Source: an uncultured virus (IMG/VR IMGVR_UViG_3300021426_000082)
Taxonomy: Duplodnaviria; Heunggongvirae; Uroviricota; Caudoviricetes
Reading direction: 5' to 3' (one strand)
IMG/VR virus record: IMGVR_UViG_3300021426_000082
Length of the DNA: 64,000 nucleotides
Numbering within the stretch: position 1 is the first letter of the stretch; every line of letters begins with the position of its first letter. The translations under genes and the position numbers were made by a program. Positions 38,601 to 48,806 of the stretch are shown here, piece after piece. A model generated the notes under the pieces. The model saw only the letters and a list, made by a program, of their open reading frames with translations. It made no database searches and had not been told where the DNA came from.

Positions 38601-40064
38601 GCAACCGCGCAGGCAAGTGCGGACGCAGCGCAGGCCACAGCAGACGCAATACCCGCAACAGTTCCAGGGGTCAACTTGTGGCCATTCTTTTCACATGACC
38701 TTACTGACGTTTATGACGTGAACACAAATCCGGAAGGATATTGGGTTAAGAATGGAAATTACAGATGGTCGAACGATAACAGATTTGTATTTACACGTCT
38801 CGAAGATGGGTGGATGCACGTACACATAGATAACAACAATGGAACAGGAACAATAAGGAACGATAGTTGTTATCCTCGCTACAATCCATCTGTTAAGACA
38901 GGAAAAAAATATACATTTCTTGTTGAGTTCCGGAATAATAGCAGTACGGGGGCCGCTTCCGGTTCAGATTTCTATCTTGTACAGAATAATGGTTCGGTAC
39001 AGTTTTGGGGACAGAACACTCCAGATGCGCCCGCAGGAAAAATAGATGGTATCGGTGGCACTTCCACGTTGATTTCCAATGTACCCTCAGACGGCAGTTA
39101 CGCTTTTTCGAGGTTCTATAAGTATTCGGAACCGGAAGGCTCCGGACACTTTACAACGGAAAATGCTATGGTGGCGTTCACGTTCAGGGCAAACGCAGGT
39201 GCGGTTCTTGATTATGATATTCGACTAAGCCTTTATGATGGCGAGTATATGGGGCCGTATGTTCCATATGTCATTAGCGACACAAGCGAGATACGACAAA
39301 CCGCCGATGAAGCACACGACACCGCGAACATAGCGTTAACAACCGCGAACGACAAGAACACTGTCTACTATGACACACCGCCATCCGGAACAGAATTTTC
39401 TGACGGTGACGTGTGGTTCGACGCGGACAATGATAATGCAATCCACGTCTGGAACTCAGATACAAACAGGTGGGAGTTACGGCAGGTTGGTGAAGATGCT
39501 ATCAGTAATCTGTCTATAACCAATGCCAAAATCCAGGACGCGACAATTCAGGACGCAAAAATCGTATCGGTAGCCGCCAAAAAAGTTACCGCCGATATGA
39601 TCACATCGAATAGCGTTGACGCAAATAAAATGAATGTCAGGGTTATTCAGGACGCGTCTGGAGAAAAGTTTTACCTTAATTTGGTAACAGGTGAGTTCCG
39701 GTCAGAGCACACACAGACAATGCAGGAATCTATCAACCTGCTATCAGAGAACGATTTACTGTTTCAAGCCCCCGCTACTACTAACGGTGACAGTGTAACT
39801 TTAAATGCAGTTGTTTATAAATCTGGCGTTGATATTGCAAGAACGTTTGCACCAACATGTTTTTCGTGGTATCTTATAACTGAGGATGAGGACACACTAC
39901 TCGGAACGGGATATTCAATCACGGTCAACAAATCAGAAGTTGGATACAACGGATGTGTCAGAGGTGTTTTCCAGACCACTGACATTGAAGATATAACAGA
40001 CAGGAACAGCAACGCTTTAACAACGAGAACAGGCGTAACACTTACAGCAAGGCACGCCAGTTAG
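35676..40064 (+). CDS. baseplate hub / central tail fibre protein
   Basis: CLQLIANA..LYQDRNG, YRGDP, YLWTRT repeats, GQDGADG, ITNAKI. Confidence 0.8.
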   Translation: MFNAGTAYRNEMNKELRGQSFVTISVRLSNFIAQSGYTITSNAINFTRDVGNIYGIRITFGTSRPNSIYLAGKRYTVDADVFETNDVFEGGLSLSATNLLQYDVAGVEFGINELVFENDDILSTSRLNKVNPLSAELPEQTFTFSLHDYNGDYSWADRSSLLYAFQKKQPVRWKYGREIEPEQLTDRDEEDLTDREGNLLVTDDYVEIPGGDMWLNTWTVGTDSITLTASSKLSFMDDMFYDGDAMSGKTPAEMAQAVQDYFNTAEASRSGQSVTVICNITDTTTDAPIPVESCKNCLQLIANACRGSLYQDRNGVIRIERLSDTAEDYTLGGINIMKAPVASKLEEVDVINISEASYDVSSQMTDVATVTITELDTDVYVTFDTPIDATSTILLSNSNVTLVEAHSYSATLRTTVAGEVTISAYPLLVGSVTHRAVGNANGTNIKNIENPLTVFNEDYMAWYVDYFCNDIEYSITYRGDPCIDALDLIYIQDETLDKIRIVEEELKTSVGVGLDCTITARRIESNGVSTKGKTNYKSSVFGLSSADLKAQEALELAQNAINSVRIEYAYSNSATVAPTDGWTTETLPKADGLYIWQRTVTESESGETPSDAACISGADGTGISDIVVTYQASDNGVSAPTGTWSSTIPSVSAGSYLWTRTQTITSDGNSTYSYSVARQGQDGADGTSVTILGSYNTYAELIAVHPTGDNVGDGYMVGSDLYIWNGTTWQNVGQIKGADGTDGLTYYVHLAYATSGDGEENFSTTAFDGATYLGTLTNTTSTGSTVPADYSWSLFKGENALTIQIESSDGTTFKTSAIDTILYASLYDGQTEVTASNYGTFRWYRDGGTTAVGTGGSLTVLLPTVEKAVYTVKLIDTSNNIIASASITLTAIRDIAETYWLYYTSATQSTPTKPTSITTIPPTGWDIGIEPDYVEGSTDYVYVMQLTVFTDESFAYTDPALSASYEAAKKAAADAATAQASADAAQATADAIPATVPGVNLWPFFSHDLTDVYDVNTNPEGYWVKNGNYRWSNDNRFVFTRLEDGWMHVHIDNNNGTGTIRNDSCYPRYNPSVKTGKKYTFLVEFRNNSSTGAASGSDFYLVQNNGSVQFWGQNTPDAPAGKIDGIGGTSTLISNVPSDGSYAFSRFYKYSEPEGSGHFTTENAMVAFTFRANAGAVLDYDIRLSLYDGEYMGPYVPYVISDTSEIRQTADEAHDTANIALTTANDKNTVYYDTPPSGTEFSDGDVWFDADNDNAIHVWNSDTNRWELRQVGEDAISNLSITNAKIQDATIQDAKIVSVAAKKVTADMITSNSVDANKMNVRVIQDASGEKFYLNLVTGEFRSEHTQTMQESINLLSENDLLFQAPATTNGDSVTLNAVVYKSGVDIARTFAPTCFSWYLITEDEDTLLGTGYSITVNKSEVGYNGCVRGVFQTTDIEDITDRNSNALTTRTGVTLTARHAS

Positions 40065-40110
40065 AGCCATGAGCCGACATTCATTTTTTATGAACGTCGG
40101 CTCATTTTTT
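40064..40110 (+). terminator. terminator with tandem GAGCC motif (copy 3)
   Basis: GAGCCatGAGCCGAC...GTCGGCTCATTTTTT. Confidence 0.7.
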
Positions 40111-40132
40111 GTTTTCCCAAAAAGGAAAGATA

Positions 40133-41797
40133 ATGAGACAGGAAGTAGAAGTTAATATCTTTAATACGTCTGTTATAAAAAACAAGTTTGCAGAGGTTGA
40201 ATCAACGGTTGACGGTTTTGTGCAGACGTTCACAAGCGAATATGACACTGGCGACACTGTTACATCAAAGATAGAACAGTTAGCAAATACAATCAATTTA
40301 GAACTTGATCAAAAGGTTGGTGAAGATGAGGTAATCAGCAAAATCAACCTGTCTACCGAAGGCATTTATCTGCAGGGGAATCTGATCAATTTCAACAACC
40401 TGTTATGTATATCAAGTGACAGAGATTCAGACATACCGCAGTTCTATTTGTCACCGCAATACGGATTGATAATAGCAGAAGAGGCCCCGACATCTGATAC
40501 AGAAGTCGCCTTAATGGAGGTCTACAACAGCCGAGTTACTTCGACCGGATTTGATGTATACAACGGAAACGAAAGACTTTCACATTTTGGTGAAGAAATA
40601 GACCTCGGAGGAAATGAATCCAACGGTAATAAGCTGATAAAGATAGCACAAAATTATCTTTATATGGGTTCCACAGAGCTTATGCCGGGCGTCTACACAT
40701 CTGCGCCAGCAAACACGGAAGAAGACCCTGACATTGTAGAAGAAACAAGCGAAAGCACGCAAAGTACAAAAACTCCATTGCTGGCCGCTGGAAATTCAGA
40801 TGAAGGTCAAGATGAAGATGACCCTGACAAAGAGGAAGAAATTGTAGAAGCGTCTCTTCCTGTCTTTTACGCATATGCGGGAGCTGCGGCCTATAAATCA
40901 GGCGTGAACGAATCAGTAGTCGGGGACCATTACAATGGCTATTTCCTTGTATCGGTCGATGATGAGTTCCATCCGAGGTATCAGCTATGTGACATTATTT
41001 ATGGTGCGGACGGAACTCCCGTAGATGATTCAAACGTAGGCGCATATTCCTTGTCAGTAGGGCAGGGACTTGCTGGAGGTGATTATGCAGTAGCCACGGG
41101 AAAAGCGGTTGCGGGCGGCCTGATGTCATTTGCTCATGGTATGGCATTAGCGAACGGCGACTATAGTGCGGCCATAGGAACGGGCGTAGAAGCATATGCA
41201 CCATATGAGTTTGTGGTTGGCACCTATAACGAGTTTGCGACCTATACGGTTGATGAGGAAGATGAACAGGGCCAGATCATTCCAGGGGCAGAAGAACCGG
41301 ACCCAGAAGATGCAAACAGGCTTTTCGTGGTCGGAAACGGTGAATCAGACCAAAAGCGTGCAAATGCTTTCGAGGTCTTTAAAACCGGACGAGCAAAGAT
41401 GGCCGGAAACTTAGAGATGGGCGGTGTACTTATAAGCGAGGAGTTTCCTTATGTGACTGCCGCAGACATGGCAAGTCGTGTGGTGTGGAATACAACACTT
41501 GTTGATACGAACGCTCAGTTGGAAACCAATGTTTACAGATGGGGGCGAGTAGTTACTATCTTTGGTTCGTTCACAGCGAAAGTGAACATACAGAACGGTG
41601 TTGATTATAAGATAGCAACCGGATTTCCGAAAGCATCTATCAGGGGGCAGTTCCCTGCTATGAACGTCACTAAGTCCGCGTTGGTGAATTTATCTATCGG
41701 TGGAAATGGTGCGTTGAATAGATGGTACGCAGGCACGATTGCCGCTGGAGATTTTGTGAGATTTAGCTACACGTATATTTGTCAGAAGAACAGTTAA
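40133..41797 (+). CDS. tail fibre / receptor-binding protein
   Basis: VISKINLS, YadA-head-like repeats, LFVVGNG..RANAFEV, C-terminal head domain. Confidence 0.7.
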   Translation: MRQEVEVNIFNTSVIKNKFAEVESTVDGFVQTFTSEYDTGDTVTSKIEQLANTINLELDQKVGEDEVISKINLSTEGIYLQGNLINFNNLLCISSDRDSDIPQFYLSPQYGLIIAEEAPTSDTEVALMEVYNSRVTSTGFDVYNGNERLSHFGEEIDLGGNESNGNKLIKIAQNYLYMGSTELMPGVYTSAPANTEEDPDIVEETSESTQSTKTPLLAAGNSDEGQDEDDPDKEEEIVEASLPVFYAYAGAAAYKSGVNESVVGDHYNGYFLVSVDDEFHPRYQLCDIIYGADGTPVDDSNVGAYSLSVGQGLAGGDYAVATGKAVAGGLMSFAHGMALANGDYSAAIGTGVEAYAPYEFVVGTYNEFATYTVDEEDEQGQIIPGAEEPDPEDANRLFVVGNGESDQKRANAFEVFKTGRAKMAGNLEMGGVLISEEFPYVTAADMASRVVWNTTLVDTNAQLETNVYRWGRVVTIFGSFTAKVNIQNGVDYKIATGFPKASIRGQFPAMNVTKSALVNLSIGGNGALNRWYAGTIAAGDFVRFSYTYICQKNS

Positions 41798-41808
41798 AGG
41801 AGAAAACG

Positions 41809-42585
41809 ATGTCGATAGCACTAAACGAGCTTACGGTGCAGAACAGTATCACTACGGGTGAAAAATTCATAGTAGCAGGTACAAGCTCTGAAGTACAGGT
41901 GGATTATTCCACGCTTGCAAAAGCCATAATTGAGCAATGGACGGGGAGTAGCCTTGGTGGATCAAATCGGTCCTTAAAAGCCATATTAGATGAAATCAAC
42001 GGGAACTATGTACCATATAAAGCGTCATCTCCGATAATGATTCAGCAAAACACGGACCTTAACACATTAACTACTACAGGAATTTACTATTGTAATACAA
42101 ACAATATAGCAAGCTCCCTTACAAACTGTCCTGTAAATGTAACTTTCCGTCTCAATGTATACGCCATAGGCGCGAGGGATTCTGGAACATACGCATACAT
42201 TTTTCAAGAGATTATTCCCTACAATAGCACTGTAATTTATCGGAGACGGTGCGCCACTGGTGCGACAGCGGACGTATGGACATACGGGGACTGGACTGTA
42301 TTGAGTGACCCGACAGCATATAGGGGAATTGCTATCCCTGCAAACAGCGACCTCAATACCTATATCACTCCCGGCAAGTATGTTTCTGGAGATTCTGCCG
42401 TTTCTAACTCACTGACTAACTGCCCGGTCACAGGTTTTGGATTTACGATGACTGTAGAGGTTAGTTCTGCGAATTATTTCAAACAAATAATTATTGACAA
42501 CTCCATGAACATTTATCTGCGGAGACTCACATCGGGTGGTAAGTGGGGAACATGGCTCAAGGTAACAACAACAGCGGTAACGTGA
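41809..42585 (+). CDS. tail fibre protein with two pyocin-knob-like domains
   Basis: two DLN..T.G.Y...LTNCP units. Confidence 0.7.
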   Translation: MSIALNELTVQNSITTGEKFIVAGTSSEVQVDYSTLAKAIIEQWTGSSLGGSNRSLKAILDEINGNYVPYKASSPIMIQQNTDLNTLTTTGIYYCNTNNIASSLTNCPVNVTFRLNVYAIGARDSGTYAYIFQEIIPYNSTVIYRRRCATGATADVWTYGDWTVLSDPTAYRGIAIPANSDLNTYITPGKYVSGDSAVSNSLTNCPVTGFGFTMTVEVSSANYFKQIIIDNSMNIYLRRLTSGGKWGTWLKVTTTAVT

Positions 42586-42601
42586 TTAAGGGGGATGACT
42601 T

Positions 42602-42913
42602 ATGGAGTTTACACGAGGTGAAACACCTACTTATATTGTTGATTTCAGCACTTGCGAGATTGATACCACAGATGTATCCAGAGCAGTACTTATCGTTAAA
42701 CAGCTTGGCATCGAAATAAACCTGACATCTGGCATCGTCATCGACAACGAAAGCAACACTATATCATACCATTTCTCGCAGGAAGAGACGCTCCGTTTTG
42801 CGACCGGGAAGCTTCAGCTACAGCTTGATGTTGTCACAAACGATGAGGAAAGAAGTGTAGCAAGCAGGAATGTTGTTAGGGTCGTTGACACGATCATAGA
42901 CGAGGTAATCTGA
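42602..42913 (+). CDS. BppU-N-like adaptor
   Basis: RGETPT...FSQEETL. Confidence 0.6.
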   Translation: MEFTRGETPTYIVDFSTCEIDTTDVSRAVLIVKQLGIEINLTSGIVIDNESNTISYHFSQEETLRFATGKLQLQLDVVTNDEERSVASRNVVRVVDTIIDEVI

Positions 42914-44094
42914 TGGATAGAGAATTAAGAACACAGGCCCGTCTGAGCAAGAGAACTCTTACAACACAGGCTGATATAGGTAACACCATATACGGCACAG
43001 AGGTACATTCCGTCAACGGCAAAACAGGACATGTTGTTCTGGACGCAGGGGATGTGGGAGCATTACCTTCTGATACCCCTATTCCTTCTCTGGATGGGTA
43101 TGCTACTGAAGAGTGGGTTGGTGAACAGGGGTATGCAACTCTGGCTGACATTCCTACGGATGTTAGTGCTTTCAACAATGACGCAGGATACATTACAAGG
43201 CATCAGGATATAAGCGGTAAAGCGGACAAGGCAACCACACTTGCAGGATACGGAATCGAAAACGCTTACACGAAGGAAGAAGTCGATGCGCTTGTAGATG
43301 GGCAGACCTCTGGTGTCAAGTCTGTCAACGGTAAGACTGGTGTTGTCACGATCACAGCGCAGGAATTGGGTGCGCTGACAGAACATCAGGACATCTCTGG
43401 CAAGGCAGATAGGTCGGAAATCCCCACAAAGACATCGGAACTGACTAACGATTCTGGTTTCCTTACACAGCATCAAGACTTGACCCCGTATGCCCTCAAA
43501 TCAGAAATCCCTGTTGTTCCTGCTAATGTTTCCGCTTTTACAAATGATGTGGGCTACCTTACTCAGCATCAGGATTTATCAGACTATGCGCTGAAAGCAG
43601 CCGTATACACCAAAGCACAGGTAGATACGGCACTACAGGCAAAAGCTGACGCATCAGATGTCCTTACACCGCTTATCGGTGACGCAGATAACATTACGCC
43701 TCGACAGGTCATGGACTGTCTGGAAGAAGGCAGGAACGTCAGTGTAAGCAAGGAATTTGAGTTCAGTGGCGTTAACTTCAATTTGACATTTACGGCATGG
43801 AACCGGGTCACAGATGTACCATATGAAGGGCAGTATGCAGACCTTGTTATATCCAATACGATTGCCGTTTTTGGCGAAAGCTACTACCTGTTCGAGATGT
43901 TAGGCGGTAAATACAATAATGGAACGCTTCCGTGGCAGATTATGTCAACGCAGATTATAACCCCTCAAGATTTATCAGATTATGCTCTGAAGAGCGACAT
44001 CCCTACTGTCACCAATGATTTTACGGATGCTTACAAGGGCAAAGTTGATTCATTATGGGATGATTATCAGGATGCCATAACAGCTTTAGGTTAA
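42913..44094 (+). CDS. side tail fibre-like protein
   Basis: VxSVNGKTG, HQDISGK, SAFTNDxGYLT repeats. Confidence 0.7.
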   Translation: MDRELRTQARLSKRTLTTQADIGNTIYGTEVHSVNGKTGHVVLDAGDVGALPSDTPIPSLDGYATEEWVGEQGYATLADIPTDVSAFNNDAGYITRHQDISGKADKATTLAGYGIENAYTKEEVDALVDGQTSGVKSVNGKTGVVTITAQELGALTEHQDISGKADRSEIPTKTSELTNDSGFLTQHQDLTPYALKSEIPVVPANVSAFTNDVGYLTQHQDLSDYALKAAVYTKAQVDTALQAKADASDVLTPLIGDADNITPRQVMDCLEEGRNVSVSKEFEFSGVNFNLTFTAWNRVTDVPYEGQYADLVISNTIAVFGESYYLFEMLGGKYNNGTLPWQIMSTQIITPQDLSDYALKSDIPTVTNDFTDAYKGKVDSLWDDYQDAITALG

Positions 44095-44106
44095 GGGGGT
44101 GATAAA

Positions 44107-44922
44107 ATGACAAAAGTATTGACTCCCAAAATTGAGGCATTGACGGCATATGCCAACACCATAACCGGGAAAAGCGATACGACCTTATCTGATGCGGTGG
44201 CAAGTCTGGCCGATGGATATGGACAAGGTGGGCAATCCTATGAAGGGATAGAGGTTGTCACCGATTCAAACGGAAAGATAACAGACTATATCTTCCATAT
44301 GGAGACAGTGCCAGATTTTGTGCTTAACTATCTTGGGAACGACAGGAATGATAGGGATGACGGTGTACCGAATGTTAAATTTGCTGTGAAACCAAAACAT
44401 ATCGGCAATTTCGCTTTTTACCAAGCGCATGCAAAGATGGACTGGTCAGGTCTTTCAGAATTGGAAACCGTTAATGGAAAGTGTTCTTTATTGCTGTCTT
44501 ATGGCTTCTACAATAACTGTAGTGCCGATGTCGTCAGCCTCCCTAAATTTGTTGGATATACGATAACAGATAATGCCACGAGTTTGTTCGGTTCTAGTAG
44601 CGCATACGCACCAAAGGTATTCAATCTGCCAGTGTGCGTCATTGTTCCACAATACGCATGGTATAAATATTCGACGGCTGGTCTTGATGTAACGATAGGC
44701 AGTATCGGCCATGCAGTTACAGGTTCAAGAGCACAGCCATTCGGCTCGACTTCCAAGGCAAGTGGAACGGTAACAATATACACCAAAGGCGATGTGCTTG
44801 ACAGCTTAATAACCGCAGTACAGCAGAACGCAGGAGCAAATATCTCTTTTGTCTATAAGGCATCAGAGGCTACGACTTACAACGGAACAAGTTATCAGGC
44901 AGGAGACACTATCACAGTATAA
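44107..44922 (+). CDS. virion-associated protein
   Basis: AN.ITGK.DTTL.DAV..L..GYG N-terminus. Confidence 0.55.
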   Translation: MTKVLTPKIEALTAYANTITGKSDTTLSDAVASLADGYGQGGQSYEGIEVVTDSNGKITDYIFHMETVPDFVLNYLGNDRNDRDDGVPNVKFAVKPKHIGNFAFYQAHAKMDWSGLSELETVNGKCSLLLSYGFYNNCSADVVSLPKFVGYTITDNATSLFGSSSAYAPKVFNLPVCVIVPQYAWYKYSTAGLDVTIGSIGHAVTGSRAQPFGSTSKASGTVTIYTKGDVLDSLITAVQQNAGANISFVYKASEATTYNGTSYQAGDTITV

Positions 44923-44935
44923 GGGGTAAAAAATC

Positions 44936-45166
44936 ATGTTATATCTTATCGTTTTAATCGTCACAAACACAGACGGCACTTATAGCTACTACACCTACGA
45001 TTTCCGCAGTTTTGCTACGGCACTTGTCAACTATGACCGTAAACAGGCTGAGACAACCGCAAATACGGCGATAGCATACTACTCCATCAAGCTGATGGAT
45101 GCGACAGGCAACATCCTCAAGAGCGAGGAGCGTGACCTTACAAGCCTGAGGGAGCAGGACGCTTAA
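44936..45166 (+). CDS. hypothetical protein
   Basis: RBS; operon context. Confidence 0.55.
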   Translation: MLYLIVLIVTNTDGTYSYYTYDFRSFATALVNYDRKQAETTANTAIAYYSIKLMDATGNILKSEERDLTSLREQDA

Positions 45167-45178
45167 CGAGGTGACAGA

Positions 45179-45505
45179 ATGAGTAAGATTATCAAAGGTA
45201 CGACACCAACGATCCTGCTCGATTTCTCTGTCTTCGAGCTGGACGTATACGACATCACAAAAATCTCCATGATACTAAAACACGGCGAGAAAGAATGGGA
45301 CGTATCAGACCGCATCGACTTCAATCGTGGCGAGAAACAGGCTACTCTGCATTTTAGTCAGGAGCAGACGTTTGCGTTATCAGCGCAACACACAATCTAT
45401 GTACAGGTCGATGTGCTGATGAGTGACGGTGAAGTATACCGTGTCGCAGAAGGTGAGTACAAGGTCGAATGGACATTAAGAAAAGAGGTGCTGAAGAATG
45501 AATGA
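45179..45505 (+). CDS. BppU-N-like adaptor (paralog of 42602-42913)
   Basis: KGTTPT..DFS...FSQEQT. Confidence 0.6.
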   Translation: MSKIIKGTTPTILLDFSVFELDVYDITKISMILKHGEKEWDVSDRIDFNRGEKQATLHFSQEQTFALSAQHTIYVQVDVLMSDGEVYRVAEGEYKVEWTLRKEVLKNE

Positions 45506-46502
45506 GAATGTTATCCCCATGAGAATCGAAGGTGGTGAGATACAGGTCAAAGCGACTTTAGGACAGACCGTCATCAAGGTTGTTGCCCCGGATGAGTATG
45601 TCGGGGATACCGAAGTCACACCGTCAGACCAGACGCAGGTGCTTGAGACCAAAGATAGACTGGTGAGAGAGGATATTACCATCAATCCTGCCCCGACAGA
45701 AATTCTCAGTACAGACCACAACGGCGTATTCACACCATCTGACGGCAAGGTGGGCTTTTATCAGGTCGATGTCAATGTCAATCCCGACCTGCGACCGCTA
45801 TCCGTGAGCGAGAACGGCAGTTATCAGCCTGATGGGTTTGATGGGTATAGTCGGGTCGATGTGGATGTTGAGGGACAATGGATAGACTATGACGATGTCC
45901 CTGTGACACTGCCCGAAGAGTATCAAAGAGTAGAATATATCGAGTCGGGCGGAACACAGTTTATCGAGTTGCCGATTGGGTTTTACCCTACAGATACGAT
46001 TAGTTTTAAAGGTGCAAACAATCAGTATACAATTGATGATAAATATCTTGTTGCTCCCCGACAGTGGAACAACGACAGCAACAGATTTGCGTTGTTAGGG
46101 AGCAACAGAACCTCTTTCAATAGCCACATTTCTGCTTTTGGATATGGGAGCAGCCCTACAAGTGAAACGTATTATTCTGCGCGAGTTGATAGAGATAGCA
46201 ATTTTCATACGATTGTTTACTCAAACAAAGTATCTCTTATCGACAGGGGTCTTGGAGCTATTGGGGTTGGCAATATTTCTTTTGGGTCAGAAACTGCAAA
46301 CCTTAGACTTTTTTACGGCTATAATTCCAACACGGCAGGCAAAATCTGCTACTACATCCACAAAAAAGCAGACGGCAGAAAACTTGCCTTGTATGCCTGT
46401 TACCGCAAGTCAGACGGAGTTATCGGCATGTATGACATCGAAAATGACGTTTTTTACACCAATGACGGTACGGGCGATTTTACAAAAGGACAGGACATTT
46501 AA
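45498..46502 (+). CDS. virion-associated carbohydrate-binding-type protein
   Basis: LPEEYQRVEYIES.GTQ, GMYD...FY.N.G.G.F. Confidence 0.6.
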   Translation: MNENVIPMRIEGGEIQVKATLGQTVIKVVAPDEYVGDTEVTPSDQTQVLETKDRLVREDITINPAPTEILSTDHNGVFTPSDGKVGFYQVDVNVNPDLRPLSVSENGSYQPDGFDGYSRVDVDVEGQWIDYDDVPVTLPEEYQRVEYIESGGTQFIELPIGFYPTDTISFKGANNQYTIDDKYLVAPRQWNNDSNRFALLGSNRTSFNSHISAFGYGSSPTSETYYSARVDRDSNFHTIVYSNKVSLIDRGLGAIGVGNISFGSETANLRLFYGYNSNTAGKICYYIHKKADGRKLALYACYRKSDGVIGMYDIENDVFYTNDGTGDFTKGQDI

Positions 46503-46799
46503 CCGCCACCATCCCCACCTGACATATGGGGTAGAGGAGACAGCTAACACCAACCCCGGCAACCCTAAGCAAAGAGGACAGGCATTAATGACATCAGAGA
46601 TTTTGACAGCAGTAGTCGTTGCTATCTTGAGTAGCAAGCTGTGGGACTTCCTTGCTTCAAGATTCAAGCGCAAGGACCATGAGTGTTACTGACAGTAGAA
46701 TTTCGTTTCTTTAATCGTGTAAGTGGTTCCTATTTTTCTTGTCGTGATAAATAATAAAATAGGAAAGAATATTGCAACACAAATCATCAAGAGGCAACA

Positions 46800-47114
46800 A
46801 TGAAAATTATAAAAGAGTTAAGTGGCTATATTGACGAAGAAATACAGGACGCAGGTAAGTATATCAAGCGTGCTCTGCAGTACAAAGAAGAACAACCAGA
46901 CCTTGCAAGGTTGTTTTACAATCTGTCTATGCAGGAGATGGAGCATATGAACGAACTGCACAAACAGGTCGTTCAGACCATTCAGGAATACCGAAAAACA
47001 AACGGTGAACCTCCTGCGCCTATGATGGCGGTTTATGAATATATCCACGAAAAGCAGATTGAAAACGCAACCGAAGTAAAGGCGATGCAGGCTATGTACA
47101 AAGAAAGAGGTTGA
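46800..47114 (+). CDS. ferritin-like four-helix protein
   Basis: IDEEI.DA..Y, QEMEH...LH. Confidence 0.55.
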   Translation: MKIIKELSGYIDEEIQDAGKYIKRALQYKEEQPDLARLFYNLSMQEMEHMNELHKQVVQTIQEYRKTNGEPPAPMMAVYEYIHEKQIENATEVKAMQAMYKERG

Positions 47115-47118
47115 TTGA

Positions 47119-47499
47119 ATGAACAACTTTCAAAACCCATATAACTACAATCCATATGGCTTCAACAGATTCCCGACTTATGAAGTGATCAAAGTCAATG
47201 GAAAACCTGGCGTTGACGCATTTCAGATGGGGCCTAATTCATCCATTCTTTTACTCGACGAAACCGCAAATCTTGTGTGGCTTGCTCAGACTGACGGTGC
47301 GGGATACAAGACAGCTACACCGTTCACTATCACACCTTTTGTTGAAAAGCCTCCCGTAGACATGAACGCGCTGACAGAAAAGATTGACGGCATTGAAGCT
47401 GAATTAAAAGAATTGAGGGAAATGTATGCAAAATCAGATACTTCAAGCACTACACCAAAACAGCGGAATGAATCAAAATCCCGTCAACAGCAACAATAA
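47119..47499 (+). CDS. hypothetical protein (module gene 2)
   Basis: VNG..G..AF.M.PNS..LLD...TDGAG. Confidence 0.6.
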   Translation: MNNFQNPYNYNPYGFNRFPTYEVIKVNGKPGVDAFQMGPNSSILLLDETANLVWLAQTDGAGYKTATPFTITPFVEKPPVDMNALTEKIDGIEAELKELREMYAKSDTSSTTPKQRNESKSRQQQQ

Positions 47500-47698
47500 C
47501 ATGATGAACGTTGTGCAAGCGATTAGGATGTCAAGGAACCCTAATCTTATGTTACAGCAACTTGCGCAAAACAATCCCAATGTAGCTAACGCCATGAGTT
47601 TGATTCGGCAATACGGTGGCGACCCACAAAAAGCCTTCTATGAAGAAGCGAAAAAGAGAGGTATTGATCCGAACCAGATAATTGGCATGCTAAGATAA
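47468..47698 (+). CDS. Asn/Gln/Met-rich hypothetical protein
   Basis: NP.LML..L...NP, GGDP..AF...RGIDP. Confidence 0.6.
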   Translation: MNQNPVNSNNNMMNVVQAIRMSRNPNLMLQQLAQNNPNVANAMSLIRQYGGDPQKAFYEEAKKRGIDPNQIIGMLR

Positions 47699-47755
47699 AA
47701 GTCTGGCCAGACTTAAAGTAACTCATTAACCAATCAATACATTTTCACGGAGGAA

Positions 47756-48418
47756 ATGAAAATGGCAGATGGAAACCTCAGCCCTGCTGACATCATGGCG
47801 ATGACGAACAATGACGGTATGGGTGGCAACAATGCGTTCTTTTGGATTTTCGCACTCCTGCTCCTTGGCGGTGTAGGTGGTGGCGGCTTCTATGGTAACA
47901 ACGGATACCGCCCGCAGTACGCTACTCAGACAGACGTGCAGAACGGCTTTAACTTTGCAGACCTGCAGGACCAGAACCGCGACATCATGAACGCAATCAC
48001 TGGCGGAACCGCACAGGCGGTAGCTGCTACACAGCAGGCAAAGTATGACAACATTAATGTCATGAAGGATGTGCAGATGGCACTTGGTTCTCAGATTGCG
48101 GATGTTCGTGCAATGGAACAGAATATTCTGGGAAACCAGGACGCCTGCTGTTGTAGCACGAAGATGCTTCTTGCAGAACAGGCCGCTAACACCAACGCCC
48201 AGATCGCGAAGAACCAGTACGATCTGAGCATGCAGATGGCCGGTATGGAACAGCGTCTTACATCCAAAATGGATGCGAACACTATTCAGGACCTTCGCGA
48301 CAAGGTATCTAAACTGGAGATGGATCAGGCGACCGCTGGTGTTGTAAGGTATCCTAATAATTGGAGTTTTAATGCTGGCCAGTTCCCTCAGTGTTTTTGC
48401 GGTAGTTGCAACGGATAA
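47756..48418 (+). CDS. membrane-anchored coiled-coil protein with CCC-like motif
   Basis: FFWIFALLLLGG TM segment, ACCCSTK, C-terminal FCGSCNG. Confidence 0.65.
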   Translation: MKMADGNLSPADIMAMTNNDGMGGNNAFFWIFALLLLGGVGGGGFYGNNGYRPQYATQTDVQNGFNFADLQDQNRDIMNAITGGTAQAVAATQQAKYDNINVMKDVQMALGSQIADVRAMEQNILGNQDACCCSTKMLLAEQAANTNAQIAKNQYDLSMQMAGMEQRLTSKMDANTIQDLRDKVSKLEMDQATAGVVRYPNNWSFNAGQFPQCFCGSCNG

Positions 48419-48431
48419 CAGGAGGTGATCA

Positions 48432-48806
48432 ATGCTCCAGGCTTATAGTATTAATGTGGAAGCCCCTGCAGATGGTATTGTACCTTTTAACAATGTCATC
48501 GTAGATAAAGGCTGTGCGGAAGAGTTAACGGGTGTCGGGACCATTGAGCTTGAAAAAGCGGGAATGTATCTTGTACTTGTTAACGGTACTGCATCTGCGT
48601 CCACCACTGTACAGCTTGTGCGCAACGGGGTATCACTTCCACAGGCACAGGCGACAGGCACCTCCCTGGCGTTTTCTACGTTTATTCAGGTGCCGGGAAA
48701 TAATAGCAACTGTAACTGCCGTACCTCACCCGTTACGTTGCAGTTAAGTAATTCAACAGCAGTCACACTTTCTGTCATAAACATCGTTGTCAGAAAAGTA
48801 GCATAA
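48432..48806 (+). CDS. C1q/BclA-like beta protein
   Basis: VPFNN..GC, GMYLV, final IVVRK strand. Confidence 0.5.
   Translation: MLQAYSINVEAPADGIVPFNNVIVDKGCAEELTGVGTIELEKAGMYLVLVNGTASASTTVQLVRNGVSLPQAQATGTSLAFSTFIQVPGNNSNCNCRTSPVTLQLSNSTAVTLSVINIVVRKVA

Noticed and set aside
35676..46502. Diversity-generating retroelement acting on tail fibres
   Set aside because: No reverse transcriptase and no template/variable repeat pair seen.
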